From the NCBI RefSeq assembly GCF_018398935.1, contig NZ_CP074694.1:1800001-1832000 (forward strand): DNA of 32,000 nucleotides, given 5' to 3'. A model generated the notes under the pieces. That model was given only the letters and a program-made list of their open reading frames with translations. It made no database searches and was not told the DNA's origin. Positions 18,037-26,025 of the stretch are shown one piece after another. Position 1 is the first letter of the stretch. The number at the start of each line of letters is the position of its first letter. The DNA comes from Telmatocola sphagniphila (GTDB lineage: Bacteria > Planctomycetota > Planctomycetia > Gemmatales > Gemmataceae). A program made the translations under genes and the position numbers.

Positions 18037-21000
18037 TCAGGTCATCCTCCGGACGTTGAAGTATTTCGCCTGCGGATGATGCAGGATAATCGCGGTGGTC
18101 GACTGTTCCGGCTCCAGCAAAAATTGTTCTGTCAGGGTAATTCCCACGGCCGGTGGATCGATCAATTCGAACAGGCCGGTTTGATCTTCCAGATTGGGAC
18201 AGGCCGGGTATCCGAAGCTGTAACGGCAGCCCTGGTAATGCTTTTTGAACAGCTTTTGAATATTCGGGGTATCCTGCTCGGCAATTCCCCACTCCTGGCG
18301 AATCTGCTGGTGCATGAATTCCGCTAAGGCCTCCGCCGATTCGACTCCGAGACCGTGCAGAAAGAGATAATCCTGATATTTATCGGCGGCCCGCAGCCGA
18401 TTGCAGGCCCGCGTGACCTCTTCGCCCATGGTCACGGCCATGAACGCCACATGATCCACGGCCTTGCCGTCGGTGAGCGGTTCCACGTAATCGCTCAGAC
18501 AGAGGTATTCGCCGTGATCCTGGCGCGGGAAGGCGAATTTACTGATCGGAGTGCGATAATCGTCTGCAAAAATCAACAGATCGTTCCCTTGGGAAGCGGC
18601 CGGGAAGAAGCCGTAGGTCGCGGCCGGGCGAAGAACTTTCTCGGCGAGACAGAAGGCCTTGAGTCGAGCCAGGGCCGGCTCGGCGAACTCTTTCATTTGA
18701 CGGGCATACTCGCTCGTCGAGACGCCACCTTTGGTAAACTGCCACTGCGTGCTGAAAAGCGTTCTTTCGTTCAGATATTTAAAAATGGTTTCGACATCGA
18801 AGTCGGTTCGCTGTCGCTTGCCGGTGAAAGGCGGTTTCGGAAGTCGGGGGGCCCGTTCGATGAATTCGGAGCGCACCGTACGAACTGGAACTGAGGACGA
18901 CGAATCCTCCGAAGCGGCCGCGCCGGTAGGATCGCCGCCCCCCCCTTCGTAGCGACTGGTCGATCGGGCAATATTCTTCACCGCCACACTGCCAACCGAT
19001 TCCAGACGCTTCTGAGCCACCAGTTCATCCATAATCCGCAAGCCGGCGAAGGCATCCTCACCGTAGAAAACCCGTCCTTTATAAATATTGCGGAGATCCA
19101 CCTCGACATAACGGCGATTGAGGGCCGCCCCACCCAGAATGACCGGCGGGGTGAGACCGCGATCATTCAAGGTGACCAGGTCCTCTTTCATAATGACCGT
19201 CGATTTGACCAGTAGGCCGGACATGCCAATGGCATCAGCGTTATGCTTCTGGAATTCGACGATCATATTTTCGACCGATTGCTTGATGCCGATGTTGAAA
19301 ACTTTGTAGCCGTTGTTGGTCAGGATAATGTCGACGAGGTTCTTGCCGATGTCGTGAACATCCCCTTTGACCGTTGCGAGGACGATTTTGCCCTTCTCCT
19401 GCCCATCCACTTTCACCATGAATTTTTCGAGGTGTGCGACAGCGGCCTTCATCACTTCGGCGGACTGGAGGACGAAGGGCAATTGCATCTGTCCGGAGCC
19501 GAATAATTCGCCCACGACCTTCATGCCGTCGAGAAGAATCTTGTTAATGATGTCGATGGGCGTGTAGGTTTCGCGGGCCTGATCGAGGTCCACGATCAGG
19601 CTTTCGCGTCGGCCTTGAATGATGGCCTGCCGCAGCCGTTCTTCGACATGTTCGCCGAGCGATTGCGACTTCTTCGATTCGGTTTTCTTGTCGGCGTAGT
19701 GTTCGATCAGCATCTGCAGCGGATCTTCGATGCAGTTGCCGGCCGCGTCAAAAGTCCGCTCGTCAAAGAGTAATCGGCGCGAGAGTTCGCGACCCTGGTC
19801 GTCGATCTGAGCCAGAGGGAGGATCTTTGAAGAATGCAAAATGGCCGAATCGAGTCCATATTCGAGGGCGTAGTGCAGATACACGCTGTTGAGTACTTGC
19901 CGGGTATAAGGCGATAAACCGAAGCTGCAATTCGAGAGCCCGACGTGGGTGAGCGCTCCGGGCAGATACTTCTTGATGAGTTTGATGGCTTCGAAGGTTT
20001 CGATGGCGGAACGGCGCGTCTGCTCCTGACCGGTCGAAACCGGGAAGACCAGTGGATCGAACAGCAAATCGGTGGGCGGAATCTTGTACTCGTTGACGAC
20101 GATATCGTAAATCCGCTGGGCGACTTCGAATTTCCACTGGGCGGTGTCGGCCTGCCCTTTTTCGTCAATCGTCAAGGCCACCAGCGCCGCACCATATTTT
20201 TTGGCAAGTTGTGCCTTGGGATCGAGGGTCTTGCGGCCATCCTCCAGATTAATGGAATTAATAATGGTCTTGCCGCTGCACAACTTCAAACCCGCTTCAA
20301 TGACGGCCACTTCGGTGCTATCGAGCATCATTGGCCGCGTGAGCACTTCGTTGTAGCGTTTGATCGTTTCCTTCATGTCGCGGACGCCATCGCGACCGAC
20401 GTAATCGACGCAGACATCGAGAACGTGCGCGCCTTCCCGCTCCTGCTCCCGGGCCATTTCGACCAGGCCGTTCCAATCTTCTTTTTCGAGCAGCTGTTTG
20501 AACTTGCGGGAGCCGTTGGTGTTGGTGCGTTCCCCGACCAGAAGGGGACGGGGTTCCTGCAGTAATTCGATGGACGATTGCAGACTGGAAGTGGCGGGAA
20601 GATAGATCGCTTTTCGTTGGGCCGCTTTTTTCGCATCGATTCGCTGAACGACTTTGGCGAGGTGGTCTTTGGTGGTGCCGCAGCAACCGCCGATGATATT
20701 CACCCCCATTTCGCCGACAAAGCGGTCGAGCCACTCGGCCAAGCCATCCGGTGCTAGCGGGAAGTAGGTCTCGCCGTTACGAGTCTCGGGCAAACCCGCG
20801 TTGGGCAAGCAACTGATCAGACGTTTACTATGGCGGCTCAGGTGTCGGATATCGTCGAGCATCAGATCGGGGCCGACGCCGCAGTTCATGCCGATAACGT
20901 CGATGTCATCAATGGGATCGAGGGCCACGAGAGCGGAAGGAATATCAGTCCCGGGCAGCATTTTCTTATTTTCGTTGATAATCGTCAGCTGCACCATCAG

Positions 21001-21594
21001 AGGGATTCTTTTTCCCGCTTTTTTCATCTCGTCGATGGCCGTGATGGCGACGATTTTGGCCTGCAAAATATCGAAGCAGGTTTCGATGAGAATGGCATCG
21101 ACTCCCTCCTCGATCATAATCTGGATCTGCCGGCGGTAGGAGGCCGCCATGCTGTCGAAATCGATATAGATGGCCGGGTCGGTGAGCGATGGCATTTTTG
21201 TGCCCGGGCCAATCGAACCGATGACGAATCGGGGTCGATCCGTGGAGCTGAAATCCTGGGCCGCTTTTTTGGCGATCTGAATATTCTGTCGATTGATCTC
21301 GTCGAGTTTGCCACCCATGCCGAATTCTTCGAGCACCAGTTGGGTGGCATTGAAAGTATTGGTTTCGATCGCATCGCAGCCGACCGAGAGATAGCCGCGA
21401 TGGATTTCGGAAATCCATTCGGGATGCGTATAGACTAAAGCATCGGAAAGATTGAGCAGATGCTTGCCGTTGGGCGCGTAGCCCCAGTCTTTATCGGTGG
21501 GGTGATACTTATGAAGACTCGTCCCCATCCCCCCGTCGAGGATAAAGGGCCGTTCTCGCGCGATGTCTAATATGCTGGGTCTGTTGGCAGCCAT
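18037..21594 (-). CDS. metH: Cobalamin-dependent methionine synthase
   Basis: The 1185-aa product has all modules: homocysteine-binding (ILDGGMGT), pterin-binding, B12-binding DxHxxG (GDVHDIGKN) and a C-terminal AdoMet reactivation domain. Confidence 0.97.
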   Translation of the reverse strand: MAANRPSILDIARERPFILDGGMGTSLHKYHPTDKDWGYAPNGKHLLNLSDALVYTHPEWISEIHRGYLSVGCDAIETNTFNATQLVLEEFGMGGKLDEINRQNIQIAKKAAQDFSSTDRPRFVIGSIGPGTKMPSLTDPAIYIDFDSMAASYRRQIQIMIEEGVDAILIETCFDILQAKIVAITAIDEMKKAGKRIPLMVQLTIINENKKMLPGTDIPSALVALDPIDDIDVIGMNCGVGPDLMLDDIRHLSRHSKRLISCLPNAGLPETRNGETYFPLAPDGLAEWLDRFVGEMGVNIIGGCCGTTKDHLAKVVQRIDAKKAAQRKAIYLPATSSLQSSIELLQEPRPLLVGERTNTNGSRKFKQLLEKEDWNGLVEMAREQEREGAHVLDVCVDYVGRDGVRDMKETIKRYNEVLTRPMMLDSTEVAVIEAGLKLCSGKTIINSINLEDGRKTLDPKAQLAKKYGAALVALTIDEKGQADTAQWKFEVAQRIYDIVVNEYKIPPTDLLFDPLVFPVSTGQEQTRRSAIETFEAIKLIKKYLPGALTHVGLSNCSFGLSPYTRQVLNSVYLHYALEYGLDSAILHSSKILPLAQIDDQGRELSRRLLFDERTFDAAGNCIEDPLQMLIEHYADKKTESKKSQSLGEHVEERLRQAIIQGRRESLIVDLDQARETYTPIDIINKILLDGMKVVGELFGSGQMQLPFVLQSAEVMKAAVAHLEKFMVKVDGQEKGKIVLATVKGDVHDIGKNLVDIILTNNGYKVFNIGIKQSVENMIVEFQKHNADAIGMSGLLVKSTVIMKEDLVTLNDRGLTPPVILGGAALNRRYVEVDLRNIYKGRVFYGEDAFAGLRIMDELVAQKRLESVGSVAVKNIARSTSRYEGGGGDPTGAAASEDSSSSVPVRTVRSEFIERAPRLPKPPFTGKRQRTDFDVETIFKYLNERTLFSTQWQFTKGGVSTSEYARQMKEFAEPALARLKAFCLAEKVLRPAATYGFFPAASQGNDLLIFADDYRTPISKFAFPRQDHGEYLCLSDYVEPLTDGKAVDHVAFMAVTMGEEVTRACNRLRAADKYQDYLFLHGLGVESAEALAEFMHQQIRQEWGIAEQDTPNIQKLFKKHYQGCRYSFGYPACPNLEDQTGLFELIDPPAVGITLTEQFLLEPEQSTTAIILHHPQAKYFNVRRMT

Positions 21595-21670
21595 GAATTC
21601 ACCACTAAATCGATCAAACTTCTAATGGAATAGATAGGATTGTGATCGGAAGGTTCTAGTCGGAAAGGAA

Positions 21671-21679
21671 ATTATACCA
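21671..21679 (-). promoter_or_regulatory. Candidate extended -10 promoter element for metH
   Basis: The minus strand reads TGGTATAAT (TGnTATAAT), 77 nt upstream of the metH ATG. No convincing -35 element was found. Confidence 0.3.
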
Positions 21680-22018
21680 AACGGAAGGGAAATTGATTGG
21701 GGCGCAGCGTCCTTGCAACGCCCCAATCCCACTCCCGGCAGACCAAGGCATCCTTGCCTTTGCCACCGGGAACGTTGTACGTGATGATTGCGTATTTTGA
21801 TCGATCGTGTAACCAATCCCTCGGTTACAACGAAGCACGTCCTTGTGCACAACGCGTACGAACAACGTCGAAATTAAATATTTGAGTTTTAGATCAAGTT
21901 AGACTGTGTGAACCGAATCGTTAGGGGCAGAATGCGGGGAGAGGATCTCTCCGCCAAAAACCAGATGGGAAGTAGCATGAGCAGATTTGTGCAGTTCCAT
22001 CCTGAATCCCACTAATCC

Positions 22019-22045
22019 AAAAAAAACAAGGCTCAACCAACCTTG
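22019..22045 (-). terminator. Orphan rho-independent terminator-like element on the minus strand
   Basis: The minus strand reads CAAGG-TTGGTTGAG-CCTTG followed by T8 (plus-strand A8 at 22019-22026). There is no annotated minus-strand gene immediately upstream of it. Confidence 0.35.
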
Positions 22046-22633
22046 CATCGCATTAGATTACAGTAACAAAAGTGACAGTCAATCGCGATTTAACAATTTT
22101 GACGATTGTAGGGCCTATAACGCAAGTTGTTGACTGGTAAACACTTACGATAGATGAATCAGCTGCAACTTATCTGACGATGGTCCAAGCGTGTCGCGCG
22201 GGAATAATGTACGTTTTTTCAGACCTCGTCCGTAAAGTCCATTTCCTGTGAGAGTTACGATGAAATTCTCGTATCGGAATAAATTGATGTAAGAGCGCAA
22301 AAAAATACCTCCACCTGTGCCGTGTGACACGCTTTTGTGAACCCGCATAAGAAAAGGGGTGCCTCAGGTTCTGGATTACGGATCCCGCTTAGACCAGCTT
22401 CGCAAGGAAGCTGCGCAGGGCTTGCATGCCCCAGAACAAACATATCGGCCCCCAGCGGTATACACATCGGCTCAGCAAAAGATAACGCTCATCACGAACA
22501 CCGCAGAGGTATTGGCGTAATAACGCCACACTCATCCTAGGTCAAGCCGGCTGTCCGATCAAATGGAAAATCCCCGAACGATTGGTCTCAATTTGGCTAT
22601 AAATGAGGGAATGCGTTATTGGAAAGGAACAAT

Positions 22634-23065
22634 ATGCCTCTGATTACCATCGTCTTCGGACTTTTACTGGTTGCCTTGGGTTACGTCGGCTACGAAATGC
22701 CCGATTTGCTGGGCGCCCTGCCTATGAAGGAAGGCCAGGTGGCCCCGCCATCTATCACGGCTTTGATCCCGGCCTTCCTCGGCTTGGCGCTGATTCTCTG
22801 CGGCCTGATTTCGCTCGCCGCCCCTGGAGCCCGCAAACACGCCATGCACTTCGCGGCCATGCTGGGACTTTTCGGAATTATCGGAGCGCTGGTGCGACCG
22901 ATCATGCTGCTGACCAAAGGGGAATTGAACTTTGGCTCTTCGCCCTTTCGTTCTCAGATGCTGATGTGTCTCATCTCGATGATTTTTCTCTACCTCTGCG
23001 TCAATTCCTTTATCTCCGTCCGCCGAGCCCGCAAGGCGGCCGCGGCCTCGACTACTTCGGCCTAG
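22634..23065 (+). CDS. Small four-helix integral membrane protein, unknown function
   Basis: Four hydrophobic segments and a basic C-terminal tail (RRARKAAAA). GGAAAGGAA lies upstream of ATG 22634. The ORF-track start is TTG 22619. Confidence 0.6.
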   Translation: MPLITIVFGLLLVALGYVGYEMPDLLGALPMKEGQVAPPSITALIPAFLGLALILCGLISLAAPGARKHAMHFAAMLGLFGIIGALVRPIMLLTKGELNFGSSPFRSQMLMCLISMIFLYLCVNSFISVRRARKAAAASTTSA

Positions 23066-23582
23066 GCCGGAACGCGGCAACGACTGCTTCGTGGGTGGTC
23101 AGAAATGGCCCCTCGAGTAGGTCGATGCAATAGGGCACGGCCGGCATCACGGCCATCAGGCATTCGCGGATCGCCGTCGGTTTGCCAGGTAAATTGACGA
23201 TCAGGCTGTTCCCTCGAATCCCGGCAGTTTGTCGGGAGAGAATGGCCGTGGGAACGCTCTTGAGAGAGATCGCCCGCATCAGTTCGCCGAAGCCTTCCAT
23301 CTCCTTTTCACAGACGGCCCGGGTGGCTTCGGGGGTAACATCGCGCTTGGCCGGTCCCGTGCCGCCGGTGGTGACGATCAGGCAGCAATGCATGATGTCG
23401 GCCAGATCCTTCAAATTCTCCTCAATCAGTGGCTGCTCATCCGGGATGACGCGATAAACTTCCCGCCATTCCGAGGAGAGCATCTCACGCAGGCACTGGG
23501 CGATCGCCGGACCACTTTTATCCTCGTAGATGCCTTGGCTGGCCCGGTCCGAGATGGTTAAAATTCCAATCCGAATTTCCAT
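23052..23582 (-). CDS. mog: Molybdopterin adenylyltransferase MogA
   Basis: Colinear with E. coli MogA as I recall it: RIGILTISDRAS.G.Y.DK.GPA, TTGGTGPAKRDVTPEAT, PTAILSRQ, VPYCIDLLEGP, VVAAFRP. An alternative start at 23603 would add 7 aa. Confidence 0.9.
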   Translation of the reverse strand: MEIRIGILTISDRASQGIYEDKSGPAIAQCLREMLSSEWREVYRVIPDEQPLIEENLKDLADIMHCCLIVTTGGTGPAKRDVTPEATRAVCEKEMEGFGELMRAISLKSVPTAILSRQTAGIRGNSLIVNLPGKPTAIRECLMAVMPAVPYCIDLLEGPFLTTHEAVVAAFRPRPK

Positions 23583-23653
23583 AGGGTTTGCTCTTGGCCG
23601 CATTCCGGTAAAGTAAAATTCAACATCGTCATCCTAGAAAATGGCAGGTCCGC

Positions 23654-24859
23654 ATGCGAACCGTCTGGAATTTCGCCTCCTCGAAAACGCTTTATTTCGG
23701 CAAAGAGAGCAACCGCCTGTTAGCCGAGTTGCTCCTCCGGCAGAATATCCGCCGCGTGCTGGTGATCACCGACCCGGTCATGGTGAAAACCGGCCTCTTT
23801 GAGCCGATTCAAAAGGATTTGAGTGCCAAGTCGATTGCGGTGGAAATCTTCCCCGACGGGGAACCGGAGCCTTCCCTTGCGGTCATTCGTAAAGCGGCCA
23901 GTATGGCCACGACCACAAAACCCGAAGCCATCCTCGGCTTCGGCGGCGGAAGCAATATGGATGCGGCCAAGCTCGTCGCCATTCTGCATGCCCACGGTGG
24001 CGATCCGCGCGATTACACCGGCGAATTTAAAGTTCCCGGGCCCGTGACCAAACTCATCTGCATCCCGACGACCGCAGGAACCGGATCGGAAGTCTCCCAG
24101 GCTGCGGTATTCACCGATACCGAAATTCAGTTAAAGGTTTCCACCCTCAGCCCTTACTTGCGACCCGATATCGCCATCGTCGATCCGTCGCTGACCATGA
24201 CCTGCCCCAAGAAAGTGACGGCCGATAGCGGCATCGATGCCCTGACGCACGCCGTCGAGGCTTACACGGCCATCGATAATGCCACATATGATGTTCCGCA
24301 AGGAGAACCGTCGGTTTATCAGGGTAAGAATTTCCTGGCCGATACGTTTGCCGAGAAATGCATCCGTCTGTGTGGCCAGTATCTCAAACGGGCGGTCAAC
24401 GATGGGAGCGATTACGAAGCCCGCGAAGGGATGGCGCTCGCCGCCACACTCGGCGGACTCGCTTTTTCCAACGCCGGAGTCGCTTTGGTGCACGCCATGG
24501 AATACCCGGTGGGGGCCGCGACGCACTGTTCGCATGGCGCCGGAAACGGGCTATTGTTGCCTTACATCATGAAGTACAATTCTAAAGTCCGGATGACGGC
24601 ACTGAGGGAGATCGCCGAATTTCTGGGAGAATCCACTGCTGAACTCTCTGAGAAGGAAGCCGCTCAAGCGGCCATCGCCGCCGTGGAAAACCTGCGGGAA
24701 AGCATCGGAGTGCCGGGTAAGTTGACTCAACTGGGTGTGAAACCAGAACAACTGGCCGGATTTGCGAGCAAAGCGTTCTCGATCAAACGCTTGATGAAAG
24801 TGAATCCGGTCTATCCCACGGAAGCGGATATTTTGGGTATCTATCGTGAGGCGTTGTGA
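23654..24859 (+). CDS. Iron-containing alcohol dehydrogenase, hydroxyacid-oxoacid transhydrogenase (ADHFE1)-like
   Basis: GFGGGSNMDAAK (GGGSxxD), TTAGTGSE and metal-binding His residues (HAVEAYTA, HAMEYP...H) are present. The insertion YDVPQGEPSVYQGKNFLAD...QYLKRAV resembles the ADHFE1 segment RPAYQGSNPISD...KYLKRAV as I recall it. Confidence 0.8.
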   Translation: MRTVWNFASSKTLYFGKESNRLLAELLLRQNIRRVLVITDPVMVKTGLFEPIQKDLSAKSIAVEIFPDGEPEPSLAVIRKAASMATTTKPEAILGFGGGSNMDAAKLVAILHAHGGDPRDYTGEFKVPGPVTKLICIPTTAGTGSEVSQAAVFTDTEIQLKVSTLSPYLRPDIAIVDPSLTMTCPKKVTADSGIDALTHAVEAYTAIDNATYDVPQGEPSVYQGKNFLADTFAEKCIRLCGQYLKRAVNDGSDYEAREGMALAATLGGLAFSNAGVALVHAMEYPVGAATHCSHGAGNGLLLPYIMKYNSKVRMTALREIAEFLGESTAELSEKEAAQAAIAAVENLRESIGVPGKLTQLGVKPEQLAGFASKAFSIKRLMKVNPVYPTEADILGIYREAL

Positions 24860-26025
24860 AATTTGTTTCGATGCGATTCGCTCTTCTATTCGCTTTGATC
24901 CTGGGCTTGGGAATCTGGCTCTTCAACGAATACCTGCAGCGCGAAGATGTATTCGTTCCGATCGACACGATTGAGTATTGGGGGGCGGCCAAGCTCCTGA
25001 TCGCCGGACAAAATCCATACGATCCCGCCCTTCTGTTACAAACCGAACAGACGCAGGATCCCCGCTTGGGCAAGGCGGTGATGCTCTGGAATCCTCCCTG
25101 GTCGCTGGCCTGGATTACGCCGCTGGGCTATCTTCCTTTCAAGTTCGCCGTGCTCCTGTGGATGATCGGCATCCTGATCGCGATTTTCTGGTCCACTTAT
25201 CTTCTCTCCCGTCAATATGTTCCGGTTCCGCCGCTCTGGTTACCGCTGCTGTTTGCTCCCAGCTATTTTTTGTTAGCTTGGGGCCAATTCACCGGGTTGG
25301 TTTTGTTGGGGCTTTCGGCTTTTGTCTGGGCGATGCGACGAGAAAAGCCTTATCTGGCGGGAATCGCGTTTAGCCTCACAGCGATTAAACCGCACCTCCT
25401 CTTACTGGTGGGACTGGGTGTGGCACTTCGCTGTTATCGTTCGCATTACTATCGCAAGGTGGTTTGCAGCTCCCTGGTCACGTTGGCGGTGTTGTCTGCG
25501 TTTTTGCTTCTCTTCCGCCCTTACCTCTGGAGCGACTATCAAACGTCGCTCGCCCTGAAAGCTTCGGCCCAACACGATACCCTCCGGGACTGGGAAAATC
25601 CGACTCTCAGCTACTGGCTCCGGATTACGGTGGCTCCCGAACAGTTCTGGGTCCAGTTCGTGCCTGTCTCGATTGCGGGTTTCGTAGTATTGATTTTTTA
25701 TGCCTGGGGCCGCTATCAACCCCGACTCGATCATTTACCGGTCGGAGTACTGCTTTCCGTCATCTTGTCTCCTTATGGTGCCTGGCCCTTCGATTTGGTG
25801 TTACTGCTGATTCCGCTTCTGCAGGCCGCCTACCTCTGGAAGAGCGGGCCGACTTCTCTCGGTCGGACGCTGCTCTTTTTTTCGTTTTTGTTATCGCAAG
25901 CCGCCGTGCTATTGCGGTGGAATTGGTTCCACGTCGAATTCCTGTGGTACCCTTTGCTGATGGGGCTTTTGTACGGCCTCACCCGGGCTCTGAACCGGCC
26001 GAGCACTGATCGAGTTCCGACATGA
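24856..26025 (+). CDS. Polytopic GT-C type glycosyltransferase, DUF2029/GT87-like
   Basis: About 10 TM helices. The N-terminal loop reads D.IEYWGAAKLLIAGQNPYD...WNPPWSLAWITPLGYLPF, typical of DUF2029 mannosyltransferase-like proteins. GTG 24856 overlaps the ADH stop (GTGA); ATG 24871 is an alternative start. Confidence 0.6.
   Translation: MKFVSMRFALLFALILGLGIWLFNEYLQREDVFVPIDTIEYWGAAKLLIAGQNPYDPALLLQTEQTQDPRLGKAVMLWNPPWSLAWITPLGYLPFKFAVLLWMIGILIAIFWSTYLLSRQYVPVPPLWLPLLFAPSYFLLAWGQFTGLVLLGLSAFVWAMRREKPYLAGIAFSLTAIKPHLLLLVGLGVALRCYRSHYYRKVVCSSLVTLAVLSAFLLLFRPYLWSDYQTSLALKASAQHDTLRDWENPTLSYWLRITVAPEQFWVQFVPVSIAGFVVLIFYAWGRYQPRLDHLPVGVLLSVILSPYGAWPFDLVLLLIPLLQAAYLWKSGPTSLGRTLLFFSFLLSQAAVLLRWNWFHVEFLWYPLLMGLLYGLTRALNRPSTDRVPT

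Noticed and set aside
21695-21790. A possible cobalamin, SAH or SAM riboswitch in front of metH. Partial matches include GGTCTGCCGG versus the B12 box, and AGGACGCTGCG versus the SAH core.
   Set aside because: Only short fragments resemble the consensus I recall, and the complementary pseudoknot or partner segments are absent. A B12 riboswitch is not expected on a B12-dependent metH. The best promoter candidate lies downstream of these hairpins.
22145-22348. A 67-aa minus-strand ORF in the spacer, upstream of the orphan terminator. Other 60-76-aa ORFs lie at 21622-21885 and 22255-22540.
   Set aside because: It has no Shine-Dalgarno-like sequence before the ATG, an atypical composition and no motifs. 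The other ORFs overlap one another in different frames. Treated as non-coding unless expression or conservation data say otherwise.
22356-22453. Resemblance of the nested fold to 4.5S/SRP RNA (GGGG...CCCCC closing helix, GGUUCU, ACCAG, GGAAGC words), and of its 5' end to the tmRNA 5' end (GGGG..GGUUCUGGAUU.CGG).
   Set aside because: The apical helix is a perfect 7-bp Watson-Crick stem with a GCAAG loop. It lacks the conserved symmetric/asymmetric loops (GGUCAGG / AGCA) around a GGAA tetraloop needed for Ffh binding. No tRNA-like T-arm, CCA-proximal 3' end or Ala-Ala-ending tag ORF is present for a tmRNA, and a 350-nt tmRNA would run into the downstream membrane-protein gene. Only a covariance-model search could overturn this.
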